A DNA stretch of 64,000 nucleotides from Candidatus Multivoradales bacterium. Lineage in GTDB: Bacteria; Acidobacteriota; Thermoanaerobaculia; Multivoradales; Multivoraceae. The stretch spans positions 4,416,001 to 4,480,000 of the forward strand of contig CBDCWI010000002.1 of NCBI GenBank assembly GCA_965223325.1, in the 5' to 3' direction. The notes below the pieces were generated by a model. The model searched no databases and was not told the DNA's origin. It saw only the letters and a program-made list of their open reading frames with translations. Below, one piece after another: positions 10,001-20,414 of this stretch (its first letter is position 1; the number at the start of each line of letters is the position of its first letter). The translations under genes and the position numbers were made by a program.

Positions 10001-11362
10001 ATGTCTGACCGCGCTCGCGAGTCGTCGCTGTCCGTCTCCCTCACCCGGTCGCGCATTGCCGGCCTGACGCTCCTGCTCGCCGCGGGCCTCACCGCAAACG
10101 CCTGCGCCAACGAGACGCGCGCCGACCGTCCACCCGGTTCGAACCAACTGATTCTCGGCGCCACACCCGAGGCCGCCGGAATGTCGAGTGAGCGCCTCGA
10201 ACGACTCGACGAGGCCATGCAACAACTCGTCGACGACGGCAAACTCGCTGGGATCGTCACCATGATTTCCCGCCACGACCGCATCGTGCACGAGAAGGCC
10301 TTCGGCCACCGCGACATCGCCGCCGACGACCCCCTCGAGACGACCGACATCTTCCGCATCTATTCGATGACCAAGCCGATCACCGGCGTCGCTTTGATGA
10401 TGCTCTACGAAGAGGGCAAGTTCCGGCTCTCGGATCCAGTCGAGAAGTACATCCCTGAGTTCAAAGGAATGCAGGTAGTGGCGGAAGAAAGACCCACCGG
10501 CCCGGTGCTGGTCGACCAGGACCACCCGATGACGATTCGAGAACTGATGAGCCATACCGCCGGCCTCACCTACGGCCTGTTCTCGCGCTCCTATGTCGAC
10601 ACCCTCTACACCGAAGCCAACATGCTCGACTCCAACTCGACGCTTGCCGACATGATCACCAAGCTCTCGCAGACACCACTGCGCTTCCAGCCCGGCACCC
10701 GCTGGCACTACAGCGTCGCGGTTGACGTGCAGGGCTACCTCGTCGAGGTCCTTTCCGGCCTGCCCTTCGATCGCTACCTGGAAGAGCGGATCTTCGAGCC
10801 TCTCGGTATGAAAGACACCGGCTTTCACGTCCCCGCCGAAAGCGCCGAGCGCTTCGCCCAGGTCTACGCCTACGACGAAGACGGCAAGCTCTTCGCCCAG
10901 GAGGGCTTTGGCGGCAGCCGCAGCTATCTCGAGCCGGCCACTTTCTTCTCGGGGGGTGGCGGTCTCGTATCCACCGCGCAGGACTACATGCGTTTCTCGC
11001 AGATGCTCCTGAACGGTGGCGAGCTCGACGGCGTGCGCATCCTGGCGCCGCTTACCGTAGAGCTCATGCACCGCAACCAACTCCCCGAAGAACTCGAAGA
11101 GATGTCTCCCGGCACCGGCTTCGGCCTCGACTTCGCAGTGATCGAGGACCCCGTCGAAGCAGACGGTGTGTCAGAAGGCGAGTACTACTGGGGCGGCGCA
11201 GCCGGCACCTGGTTCTGGATCGACCCGGTTGAGGATCTGGCCTTCGTCGGCATGATCCAGCAGTTCGGCCAAAGCCGGCCCGACGTGCGCTCCTTGTCGC
11301 GTCGCTTGACGTATCAGGCGATTCTCGACGCCGAAGGCGATGAGCACCCGCATGTGAACTGA
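10001..11362 (+). CDS. Beta-lactamase-family serine hydrolase, secreted
   Basis: SMTK catalytic motif, LMSHTAGL, PGTRWHYS, WGGAAGT. Confidence 0.9.
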   Translation: MSDRARESSLSVSLTRSRIAGLTLLLAAGLTANACANETRADRPPGSNQLILGATPEAAGMSSERLERLDEAMQQLVDDGKLAGIVTMISRHDRIVHEKAFGHRDIAADDPLETTDIFRIYSMTKPITGVALMMLYEEGKFRLSDPVEKYIPEFKGMQVVAEERPTGPVLVDQDHPMTIRELMSHTAGLTYGLFSRSYVDTLYTEANMLDSNSTLADMITKLSQTPLRFQPGTRWHYSVAVDVQGYLVEVLSGLPFDRYLEERIFEPLGMKDTGFHVPAESAERFAQVYAYDEDGKLFAQEGFGGSRSYLEPATFFSGGGGLVSTAQDYMRFSQMLLNGGELDGVRILAPLTVELMHRNQLPEELEEMSPGTGFGLDFAVIEDPVEADGVSEGEYYWGGAAGTWFWIDPVEDLAFVGMIQQFGQSRPDVRSLSRRLTYQAILDAEGDEHPHVN

Positions 11363-11392
11363 TTCGAGTCCGCTGGCCGCGGAGGGCCCCTG

Positions 11393-12463
11393 CTAGCGCA
11401 GGCTAACTCGAACTCGCTCGCCCGGCGAAAGCTCGGCGGCCTCCAGCTCGATCCGCACCAGGTAGCCCCACTCGCGTATGTCGGAGCGGTACCAGAGTTC
11501 TTCGGGCAACGGCAGGCTCTCAGCAGCGATGCTCACAACGGTTCCCGCCAGGCGCTCACCGGACGAGCGCCGCACGACGGCCGCGCTGCCAGGATCCGAG
11601 GTTTGAGCGGTGCGCAGGTCGGTCCAGACGTGGACCTCGCGAGTGGTCAGAGGACTGATTCGCGCAATCGGTTGGCCACTCTCGACCCACTCGCCGGGAG
11701 CACTCATGATCTGTGTCACCTGACCTTCGCGAGGACTCACCAGGTCGAGCTGCCCCAGGCGCCTGGCGATCTCCTCGAGGCGGCGCTCGGCCGCGACGAT
11801 CAGCCACTCGTTGGGTCCATCGGGAACCGCGGCGCGGGAAGTCGCGGTATCGACGACGTCTGACGCGAGCCGTAGCCTTTGACGCTCGGCCTGTAGCCGC
11901 GCCTGGATGACCTCGACTTCTTTCCTGAGATCTTCGGCACGCGCGGGTGCGGTGAGCCCGCGCTCCGCCAGCACCTCGACCCGCGCAAGCTCGGTTTGAC
12001 CGGCGACCAGCTGGGCCTCGGCCTCCGCAACGGAGGCGCGCAGCCGCGCCTGTTCGAGGCGCGCCTCTTCCCGATCTCCTTCGTAGCGCCGCAGGCGCAC
12101 CAGCGCCTCGGTGGACTCGTTTGTGCCGAGCGCCTCGAGCTCAGCTTGCAGAATGTCTCTTCGAAGCAGCAGCTCGGCCGGGTCGAGTTGTGCGATGACC
12201 TGCTCGGCCGTGACCTGATCGTGGAGGCCGATCGAGAAAGTGAGCAGCATGCCGTCTTCTGGAGTCGAAACCACCACCGGCGTCGCCCAGGCGATTCCTT
12301 GAGCGTCACCTGCCGGTCGGCCCAGAAGCAGGAAGACGGCGAAGGCGACGCCACCAAGCCACAACCCAACGGTCGCCAGTTTCTTGAAGCGTAGTGACGC
12401 AACCGGTAGACGCCATCGGCCGGCTCCGGAAGAGCCTCCCGTCCTGGATGCGGTGGCGGTCAT
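11393..12463 (-). CDS. HlyD-family periplasmic adaptor
   Basis: N-terminal TM segment, coiled-coil hairpin, SPREGQV...PGEWVESGQPI lipoyl half-motif. Confidence 0.75.
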   Translation of the reverse strand: MTATASRTGGSSGAGRWRLPVASLRFKKLATVGLWLGGVAFAVFLLLGRPAGDAQGIAWATPVVVSTPEDGMLLTFSIGLHDQVTAEQVIAQLDPAELLLRRDILQAELEALGTNESTEALVRLRRYEGDREEARLEQARLRASVAEAEAQLVAGQTELARVEVLAERGLTAPARAEDLRKEVEVIQARLQAERQRLRLASDVVDTATSRAAVPDGPNEWLIVAAERRLEEIARRLGQLDLVSPREGQVTQIMSAPGEWVESGQPIARISPLTTREVHVWTDLRTAQTSDPGSAAVVRRSSGERLAGTVVSIAAESLPLPEELWYRSDIREWGYLVRIELEAAELSPGERVRVSLR

Positions 12464-13149
12464 CCCGCCTGCACTCGCGCCGCGGGTAGGAGGGAGATCG
12501 AGTGAACCCCAAGACCTCTCAGCTCGCGCACGATCCGCTCGGAGACGTCGTGACTCCGTAGGTCAACGTCATAGACCAGTTCGTATTCATCGTCGGACAC
12601 CGAACGGATTCCACTGAGCTGGAAGTTCGAACAGTGCCGCGCGAGCACCTCGGTGATCCGGTCGCGCTCCTCGTCGCTGTTCGAAGCGCGCATTCGTAGT
12701 AGCCCTTCGGCCTGGTTGGGTGCACCAAACGATGCCCAGGAGAGAAACAGGGCGGCCGCACCGCACGTCAGAGCAGCCGCCAACGCCAGTTTGGGTGTTC
12801 CAGAGCCTGAAGCCATGCCGACGGCGACGGCCAGAAACAGGAATGCGGTATCGAGGGCGTCTTTGATCGGGGTGCGAAAGCGGACGATCGCAAGCGCCGC
12901 GCCCAGGCCGAAGGCGCGCGCCAAGCTGTCACCCACGACGCACATGATCACCGCAACCACCATGCTCAACAAGACGAGCGACTGGACGAAGTTCTGGCTG
13001 TAGTTGAGAGCGCCATGCACGGCGCCGTAGACCCACGACACCGCGATTCCACCTAGAAAGGCAACCAGGAGGCGCACGAAGAAGTCTTCGAGAGTCATGG
13101 CTCCCGAAACTGTGCTCCCCGCCATGAAGGCGTTTAGAAGCTCGTCCAT
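12460..13149 (-). CDS. DUF4956 membrane protein
   Basis: SLARAFGLGAALAIVRFRTPIKD signature; adjacent to VTC gene. Confidence 0.85.
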   Translation of the reverse strand: MDELLNAFMAGSTVSGAMTLEDFFVRLLVAFLGGIAVSWVYGAVHGALNYSQNFVQSLVLLSMVVAVIMCVVGDSLARAFGLGAALAIVRFRTPIKDALDTAFLFLAVAVGMASGSGTPKLALAAALTCGAAALFLSWASFGAPNQAEGLLRMRASNSDEERDRITEVLARHCSNFQLSGIRSVSDDEYELVYDVDLRSHDVSERIVRELRGLGVHSISLLPAARVQAG

Positions 13150-14024
13150 GATCCGGGTACCGCGACCGCCGAACCAACGGGGGAGAGGGCGCTCAGACCG
13201 TACTTCGATACCGAGACCCGGTCGAGTTCCAGCTGCCGAGCAGCGCGCTGCATCCAGGCCGGGGCTGCACCCAGGAACTTCATCTCGAGGACCGTCCGAT
13301 CATCCACCTCGGGAAACAGCCAGCCGCCTCGCGAGAGGCGGAAGGGATGGGCAGGGTCGAAAGACTGAGCCTCGATGGCACGATCGAAAGTGATTCTCAC
13401 GCCGTCGCCCCACTCGCTCACGTAGGCGTGCCGGTTATAGCGAACCCAGACGTGTGGAGCCATCCCGCGACTGTCGATCACTTCACGAATCGCATCGAGC
13501 TCGTGGTGGGTGCTGCGTCCTCGATAGGCATCCAACGGTGCGACCCCTGTTGCAAGACGTAGGGCATCGTCTGGACTCAGCGCGGCTCGCGTCTTTTGGA
13601 TCGTGGTGCCGAAGCGCTGCTTGAGCTCGAGAAAGAAGGGTGGTTGCGGCGTCCGGTAGTAGGTCCGAATGCGAACCTTGGAGCGCAAGGCGATGCCTTC
13701 GTCCATTTCGTGCAGGTCGTCGAGACCTGGAGTGTCGAAGTACAGGCTATTGACGGGATAGGCGCCATCCGAGGAGTGCGCATCCGGCACGAGGTAGACG
13801 AGCGCCCGTTCCCGAACCGCTTCGGCCTGGGCGAAACTCAGGCGATACTTGAATTCAAACCGAGGAGAAAAGATGGCCTGAGGATCCTCAATCGGAAGTT
13901 TGGGCTTCAAAAGCAGACGGTGACAAGAAGGATGAAGATCGGTAAAGATCCTTCGACCATTATATTCGAGGATGGCTATCGGCAGGGTTGAGTGCCCCCC
14001 GTGGCCCCCCGACGCCTCGGCCAA
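13134..14024 (-). CDS. VTC-domain (polyphosphate polymerase-like) protein; true start probably downstream of the ORF start
   Basis: RFEFKY, SLYFDTP, RSKVRIRTY, RITFD, VLEMKF, SKY motifs. Confidence 0.85.
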   Translation of the reverse strand: MAEASGGHGGHSTLPIAILEYNGRRIFTDLHPSCHRLLLKPKLPIEDPQAIFSPRFEFKYRLSFAQAEAVRERALVYLVPDAHSSDGAYPVNSLYFDTPGLDDLHEMDEGIALRSKVRIRTYYRTPQPPFFLELKQRFGTTIQKTRAALSPDDALRLATGVAPLDAYRGRSTHHELDAIREVIDSRGMAPHVWVRYNRHAYVSEWGDGVRITFDRAIEAQSFDPAHPFRLSRGGWLFPEVDDRTVLEMKFLGAAPAWMQRAARQLELDRVSVSKYGLSALSPVGSAVAVPGSWTSF

Positions 14025-14216
14025 TCACGCACGAAGAGCAGAAGCTACCAGCAGATCGCCAGAGGACGACTCGCCTGCGGCAGAGTGGAGAAGAGCTTCC
14101 ACTCCGGTCGGCCTCGCAGGCCCAACAGCGGCCCAACCTCCAGGGTCGTTGGGTCAGTCATCGCGGCGCGACAGTTTCCCACGACGGCGAGAAGCTGGAG
14201 AGTTCGTTTAGAACCC

Positions 14217-15641
14217 CTACTCACGTCGCACAACGACAAACTCACCACGCTCGACATTTGACCAACCGGTGGCGTCTCTGAACCCGCTCGTGCGAAGCCG
14301 CGCGAGGTTGTCGCTTTCGACGACGATGCGCTCGAACTGCTCGAGCCACGTCGCGAGAGGCTCAGACTCCGGACCGCGCTTTGGGAAGCCCGCCTCGCCA
14401 AAGATGCTGTTGAAGTGGAAAGCGTGCTCGAAGTCGGCGAACGTCTGGCAGGTCGCGCGATCGCACAGGACCCTGGTGCGCAACGGGTCGAGACGCTCCC
14501 GTTCCAGGAAGACGAGCGCGGCGCTCCGACTCCGCTCCTCGAGAGCTCCGGCACGACGAAGGGGCGCCGCCGGCGACAGCCCATGCACGAGCAGGGAGAA
14601 CACGATCGTCGAACCCAGTCCTGCCCTTGCTAGCCGTGGCCGCTCTCGACTGAGCCAGAGGAGCACCACGACGGCAACGGGAATCACGATGAACGGCCGC
14701 GGGTGAAGAGCGAAGTAGAGCCATCCAAGATCGTGGAGCCAGCGACTGCGCACGAGCGCTGCCGTTACTACGGCTGCAGGCCCCAGGATGGCGGCCAACT
14801 CGGCCCACCGGTGAAGACGGTTCTCCGTCGCAGGGAGGCGTGCGAGGACCAGCGGCCCGAGGATCGACCCCAGGTAGGCAAGCGCCAGGACCAGGTTGCC
14901 CACGGCGCTTCGCGAAACCTCGTAGCCGGTCCAGGCCATGTAACCGAGCACCAGGAGCAACCAAGTACCGATCAGGGTCGCGGCAGCTCGAAACAGCCCG
15001 CGCCGTTCGGGCGACCAGAGGCGAAGGAAGACCACCGCAAAGCTCGAGAGCCACACAGCCTCTTCGCGCGCCAGAAGAGCCACCAACAGGCAAGCCATCA
15101 CCACCGCGGCGGAGAGGCGTTGATGGATCGCGACATAGAGCGCGAAGAGAGCAGGGCCGACGAACTGGTAGGGACGGAGATCGAACGTTGCGTGGTAGAG
15201 AAACGACGGAAAGGTGATGTAGGCCAGGCCAGCGAGCAACAGAAGAACCGGGCGCTCGCTTCGCCGCGCAGCGAGCGCCAGCACCAGGAGCGGTACGGCA
15301 TGAACCAGCGCGCGCCACAGGAACATCAACGCGACACCTCCACCCAACCGCAGGGCCAGAACGTCGAGGTACTTGATGGGCTCGAAGTGCATCGCCTGGT
15401 GAAGCCCGTCCTCGCCTTCACGACCGATGATGCCGAACATGTTGTCGCCAGCCACATTGAAGCTCTGCCGATCGGCGAGCTCAGGGTTGGCGGCGCGGGC
15501 CGCGAACTGATGGTAGAAGCCAAAGTCTGGCCGGTAGGAGAGCGCCTGGTATTGAAGCTCTGCAAACCACCACGACCCGAGAGCGGCCAGTGCGGCGAGA
15601 ACCAGGAGCGCGCCGGTGCACCTCTGTTGGGGTGGCTTCAC
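14217..15641 (-). CDS. Multi-pass membrane protein, DUF2079/GT-C-like
   Basis: DFGFYHQ, HFEP, FDLRP, LLAREE motifs and TM segments. Confidence 0.6.
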   Translation of the reverse strand: MKPPQQRCTGALLVLAALAALGSWWFAELQYQALSYRPDFGFYHQFAARAANPELADRQSFNVAGDNMFGIIGREGEDGLHQAMHFEPIKYLDVLALRLGGGVALMFLWRALVHAVPLLVLALAARRSERPVLLLLAGLAYITFPSFLYHATFDLRPYQFVGPALFALYVAIHQRLSAAVVMACLLVALLAREEAVWLSSFAVVFLRLWSPERRGLFRAAATLIGTWLLLVLGYMAWTGYEVSRSAVGNLVLALAYLGSILGPLVLARLPATENRLHRWAELAAILGPAAVVTAALVRSRWLHDLGWLYFALHPRPFIVIPVAVVVLLWLSRERPRLARAGLGSTIVFSLLVHGLSPAAPLRRAGALEERSRSAALVFLERERLDPLRTRVLCDRATCQTFADFEHAFHFNSIFGEAGFPKRGPESEPLATWLEQFERIVVESDNLARLRTSGFRDATGWSNVERGEFVVVRRE

Positions 15642-17275
15642 GAGAGAAGGTTCTCCCGGCTACAACCGTCGACCAGAGCGAGTGCAACCGCCTCGGCTAC
15701 TTTGATGCCGTCGATTCCGGCCGAGAGAATGCCGCCGGCATAGCCGGCTCCTTCTCCCGCCGGGAAGAGGCCGCGGGTGCTGAGGCTCTGGAAGTTCTCG
15801 CCGCGCGGAATGCGCACTGGCGACGATGTTCGGGTCTCCACTCCGGTCAAGAGGGCGTCGGGAAGTAGGTAACCCGGCAGCTTGCGATCAAAGACCGGCA
15901 GCGCTTCTCGAATGGCTGCGGTGGCGAAATCTGGCAGAAGGTCCGCCATGTCTGCCGGCACGACACCAGGTTGATACGACGGCTCGACCGAGCCGACTGC
16001 GGTCGAGGGGCGGCCGGCGAGGAAATCCTCCAAACGCTGGACCGGTGCGTTGTAGTTCGAGCCACCCGCTCGGAAGGCGCGCTCCTCGAGCGAGCGCTGA
16101 AGGTCGACTCCCAGGAGCGGTCCGCCCGGGAAGTCGCCTTCCGGCGTAATGCCGACCACGATGCCACTGTTGGCGTTACGTTCACTGCGGTCGTACTGGC
16201 TCATGCCGTTGGTCACCACGCCACCGAGCTCTGAAGCCGCAGCGACCACCGTGCCGCCCGGACACATGCAGAAGCTGTAGACGGAGCGCCCGTTGCTGGC
16301 GTGATGAACGAGGCGATACTCCGCCGCCCCCAGAACGGGGTGGCCTGCGAAACGACCGAATCGACTCTTGTCGACCAGCGTCTGCGGATGCTCGACGCGG
16401 ATACCGATCGAGAACGGTTTCGCTTCGATGCGCACACCGCGTTCTCTGAGCTTCTTGAAGGTGTCACGAGCACTGTGCCCGATGGCGAGCACGACGTGGG
16501 CGCATTCGAGCTCGGTGCCATCTCTGAGTACCAGCCCACGCAAGTGGTTGTTCTCGATCACGAAGTCGTCGACCCGGGTTTCGAAGCGGATCTCGCCACC
16601 GAGCTCGAGAATCCTGGCACGCATCGCCTCGACCATCTTGACCAACCTGAAGGTGCCGATGTGCGGCTTGGCGTCGACCAGGATCTCTGCTGGTGCCCCA
16701 GCACGAACGAACTCGGTGAGCACTCTGCGGCCGCGATGACCCGGGTCCTTGACCTGGCTGTAGAGCTTTCCGTCGGAAAACGTGCCGGCGCCACCTTCGC
16801 CGAACTGCACGTTCGACTCGGGGTTGAGGGTGCCCTTGCGCCAGAAGGCAAAGGTGTCGACGGTCCGCTCGCGCACCGCCTTGCCACGCTCGAGGAGAAT
16901 CGGCCGGAATCCCATCTCGGCGAGCGTGAGCCCAGCGAACAGCCCACACGGCCCCATGCCAATGACCACCGGTCTCTCTTGCTCTCGACCAGTCGCCGTG
17001 GCTACGAAACGGTAGCGAACGTCGGGAGACGGCGTGACCTGAGAATCCCCTTCAAAGCGCGAAAGAATCTCGGCTTCTTCGACAGCGCCGGCGAGCTCGA
17101 CGTCGGCGATGTAGACCAGCTTGATCGCCTTGCGGTTGCGCGCATCGTGACTGCGCTTCCACACCGAGACGTTGCGAACGTCGTCCTGGGAGATCTCGAG
17201 CCGGCGAGCGATGGCCCGTTCGAGAGCGTTCTCGTCGTGGTCGAGAGGAAGGACAAGCGAACGAACTCGGATCAT
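15638..17275 (-). CDS. NAD(P)/FAD-dependent oxidoreductase
   Basis: VVIGMGPCGLFA, FGEGGAGTFSDGKL, FCMCPGG, GEGAGYAGGI. Confidence 0.9.
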   Translation of the reverse strand: MIRVRSLVLPLDHDENALERAIARRLEISQDDVRNVSVWKRSHDARNRKAIKLVYIADVELAGAVEEAEILSRFEGDSQVTPSPDVRYRFVATATGREQERPVVIGMGPCGLFAGLTLAEMGFRPILLERGKAVRERTVDTFAFWRKGTLNPESNVQFGEGGAGTFSDGKLYSQVKDPGHRGRRVLTEFVRAGAPAEILVDAKPHIGTFRLVKMVEAMRARILELGGEIRFETRVDDFVIENNHLRGLVLRDGTELECAHVVLAIGHSARDTFKKLRERGVRIEAKPFSIGIRVEHPQTLVDKSRFGRFAGHPVLGAAEYRLVHHASNGRSVYSFCMCPGGTVVAAASELGGVVTNGMSQYDRSERNANSGIVVGITPEGDFPGGPLLGVDLQRSLEERAFRAGGSNYNAPVQRLEDFLAGRPSTAVGSVEPSYQPGVVPADMADLLPDFATAAIREALPVFDRKLPGYLLPDALLTGVETRTSSPVRIPRGENFQSLSTRGLFPAGEGAGYAGGILSAGIDGIKVAEAVALALVDGCSRENLLS

Positions 17276-17298
17276 CGGGGGTTCGGTTCTTTCCCCGA

Positions 17299-19095
17299 TC
17301 AGGCGTTTTGCTGCTGGTCAATCCACCAATCGACGTGCTTCTCGAGAACCACCATCGGCATCGCACCGCTCCCGATCACCGCAGCGTGGAAAGCCTTGAG
17401 ATCGAACGCGTCACCGAGCGCCTCTTCCGCCTTCTTGCGCAGGCGAGCAATCTCGAGGTAGCCAATCCGGTAGCCCAGCGCCTGGCCATGAATGTCGGCC
17501 GAGTAGCGCAGCAGCTCGGTGGCGATCTCGACGTCCGAATACACCACCCTCGGCGTCATGAAGTCGCGTGCCTCTTCGAGAGTCCAGCCGAGATGGTTCA
17601 TGCCGGTATCCAGCACTAGACGGCAGGAGATGAACATCTCCATCACCAGCCGACCGTAGCGGTCGTAGGGATCGGAGTAGAGCCCCATCTCCTTTCCGAG
17701 GTTGGCGGCATACTCCGCCCAGCCCTCGGTGAAAGCGGTGTAGAGCGCCTGCTGGCGATAGGGATGCAGCGTCTTGTTCTCGTTCTGCAGCGCGATCTGG
17801 AAGTGGTGTCCCGGGATCAACTCGTGGTAGATCAAACCCTGGGCCGAGAACAAGGAGCGATTCGGGAGGTCGGAGCCGTTGTAGCGATACTCGCCGCGCG
17901 GATTCGCTGTCGTCGGCGGCTGGTAGACGCCAAACGTCATCGTCGCCTCGACGGTCTCATCGAGTCGACGCACACCGTAGGGAGCCGCTGGCAAGACATC
18001 GAAGTAGTCGTCGACCAGTGGCTCGATGCGCGTGATGTAGCCCATGTAGCGCTCTTCGACCTCCTCGGGGCTTTGAGCGATGAAGCGCGCGTCGCGGCGC
18101 ACTGCGTTCAGGAACTCGTGCCCCGAGCCTTCGAAACCGATCTCGCGCCGTATCTCCGCCATCTCGGCCTCGAGGCGTGCCACTTCGGCCTGGCCGATCG
18201 CGTGGATCTCCTCCGGCGAGAGGTTGGTGGTGGTGTTGGCGCGCACCCGATAGAGGTAGAGCTCGCGACCACCAGGGACAACGCCCAGACCGACCTGTTC
18301 GGGAGCCGCCTCGAGATAGGCGTCGCCGAGCGCCGCCAGCAAGCGGTCGAAAGCCGGGAGGATCGCCCTCTCGACTGCGTCTTCGATGGCGACACGAAGC
18401 TCGGCCGGTTCGCTACCGTCGACGCCTTCGAGGCGTTCAGCTGATGGAACGAAGAGCTCGGTACTGCGGGCACGGTAACCCTCGAACATCTGTCGCACCG
18501 GAGGGACCTGCGCCTTCGGCAGATAGATGCCGCGCTCGCTCTGCCCCTCGACCTTCTCGGCAAGCTGGCCGATGATGCGCCCGTACTCGTCGAGCAGGTG
18601 GAGGTAGCGCGCATGGTCTTCCTGGTCAGCATGCGGTGCCGCGCCGATCACCTGGTGAACGATGTCGAGGGCGAAGCCCCCTGCCGCATAAGGCGTGACG
18701 TTGAAGTCTGCCCAGTAGTGCGACGCTGCCTCTGCGGCGAGACCGAGGTCCCAACGCAGTGTTTCGAGCGTCAGCCATTCGTCGTGCGTGAGGTGGTCTT
18801 CGTCAACGGTTGCCAACCGCTCGAGTTGTTGGCGGGCGAAGGCAGCGTTCTCCTCCGCCGCCTCGAGGCTCCAGTCGGGTAGATCGGTGACCAGCTCACC
18901 GCGGCGGAACTTGACGTAGGGGTTCTGCTCGGCCGTGCGCGCCATGATGGCGTCGGCAACCTCGGTGATGGTTGCTGATGATGTCGCGGCCGAGGACTGC
19001 GTCGTCGTCGCAACGTCTTGCCGGCAGCCGGCGACTCCCAGGACCGCAAACGCCATGAGACAAGACAGCGCCGGCGCATTTCGATTTCGGTTCAT
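17299..19095 (-). CDS. DUF885 lipoprotein
   Basis: Lipobox VAGC; HELIPGHHFQ, FTEGWAEYA, GQALGY. Confidence 0.9.
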   Translation of the reverse strand: MNRNRNAPALSCLMAFAVLGVAGCRQDVATTTQSSAATSSATITEVADAIMARTAEQNPYVKFRRGELVTDLPDWSLEAAEENAAFARQQLERLATVDEDHLTHDEWLTLETLRWDLGLAAEAASHYWADFNVTPYAAGGFALDIVHQVIGAAPHADQEDHARYLHLLDEYGRIIGQLAEKVEGQSERGIYLPKAQVPPVRQMFEGYRARSTELFVPSAERLEGVDGSEPAELRVAIEDAVERAILPAFDRLLAALGDAYLEAAPEQVGLGVVPGGRELYLYRVRANTTTNLSPEEIHAIGQAEVARLEAEMAEIRREIGFEGSGHEFLNAVRRDARFIAQSPEEVEERYMGYITRIEPLVDDYFDVLPAAPYGVRRLDETVEATMTFGVYQPPTTANPRGEYRYNGSDLPNRSLFSAQGLIYHELIPGHHFQIALQNENKTLHPYRQQALYTAFTEGWAEYAANLGKEMGLYSDPYDRYGRLVMEMFISCRLVLDTGMNHLGWTLEEARDFMTPRVVYSDVEIATELLRYSADIHGQALGYRIGYLEIARLRKKAEEALGDAFDLKAFHAAVIGSGAMPMVVLEKHVDWWIDQQQNA

Positions 19096-20240
19096 GGTTG
19101 GTCCTCAGGTTCATCGACATGGAGCAGGGCAGCAACCACCGCCTCCGTGATTGAGGAAACCAGAAGGCCCCCCCGGTTGGTCAGGGCCGCGATCGTCGCG
19201 CCCTCTGTCGGCATGTGCCAGGCTTCCGCGCTAAAGCTCGAACTGTTGCCGCGGTGCCCCAGAAACACGCGTCCGTCACTGCTTTCGATTCGTAGTAAGC
19301 CTATTCCGTAGCGATGACCGTCGGGCCGGTCGACCCACGTTTTCATCTCGGCCAGCTCCTCAGGCGTCATGACCTCGCCACCCACGATCGCGTGCAGAGC
19401 CCGGGCCAGGGCCGGAGCGGTCGCGAGCATCGACCCTGCGCCAATCGTCGCTGCGCGGAAAGTGCGCGAATCGGTCATGGCACTGAAGTCGGTGAACGTG
19501 CCGTTGCCAGCCAGATCGATGAACCCGTGCGCTAAAGGCCGATCGGGAGACTCTGGCCAGTCGATCGAATAGACATGAGGCGCCTCGGAAGGTTGGGCCA
19601 GCTGGGTCTGAATCAAGTCGCCGAAGCTCTGGTCGTAGAGCTGTTCGAGAAGGAGCGCCATCGCCACGAAGCCGGTGTTCGAATACTTCCAGGACGTGCC
19701 GGGCTCGAAATCGAGGGCCTCGGCTGCCGCGACCAGACCCGCGGCGTCGGGTGCGGTCTTGGGGCTCATGAAGTAGCGCATGATGAAAGGCCGCTCGAGC
19801 AGCGGGTCCTCGAGTCCCGAAGTGTGCTGCAGCAGCTGCCGCAGCGTGATGCGGTCAGAAGCGGTGACATCGGGCAGCCAGCGCGCCAGAGAATCGTCGA
19901 GCGAGAGCAGGCCGGCGCTTTGGGCTTTGAGGGCCAATGCACCGGTAAAGACCTTGGAGATACTCCCGACCTCGAAGCCCGTGTCGGCAGTTACGGGAAC
20001 GCCAGGCTCGCGCTCACCGGCGACCGCCACCAGGCTCTCGCCCTCTGGCGTGACCCACGCCACCGCAACGCCCTCGACTCCAGACTCTCTCCAGGCCGCT
20101 TCAACCGCCGCTTGAAGCCTGGTCTCGAGCTGGTCCGCTGCGCCAGTGATGGCAGGGGAGGGCTGGCCTACCGACCAGCTCGGGTGGAGGAAAGCCAAGA
20201 GCGCCAGGCCCACGCGAGTCTTCGATGAAAGAGAACTCAT
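19092..20240 (-). CDS. Serine hydrolase (beta-lactamase/S12 family)
   Basis: GSISK, LLQHTSG, YSN, GHRG motifs; signal peptide from ATG 20240. Confidence 0.85.
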   Translation of the reverse strand: MSSLSSKTRVGLALLAFLHPSWSVGQPSPAITGAADQLETRLQAAVEAAWRESGVEGVAVAWVTPEGESLVAVAGEREPGVPVTADTGFEVGSISKVFTGALALKAQSAGLLSLDDSLARWLPDVTASDRITLRQLLQHTSGLEDPLLERPFIMRYFMSPKTAPDAAGLVAAAEALDFEPGTSWKYSNTGFVAMALLLEQLYDQSFGDLIQTQLAQPSEAPHVYSIDWPESPDRPLAHGFIDLAGNGTFTDFSAMTDSRTFRAATIGAGSMLATAPALARALHAIVGGEVMTPEELAEMKTWVDRPDGHRYGIGLLRIESSDGRVFLGHRGNSSSFSAEAWHMPTEGATIAALTNRGGLLVSSITEAVVAALLHVDEPEDQP

Positions 20241-20414
20241 AGTCCTCAATCTAGCGTGTTCCGCTGTCGCTTCGAGAACTCGAGCAGACGCTCCTCTGTT
20301 TCTTTTCGTAGAGAACCATATGCACCGATCTCGTCGACCTCGCGGCCACGCGACATCCGGCTGATCCATAGTATCCTTGAAAAATGAGCGTTGATCGCTC
20401 ATAATACAAGGACA

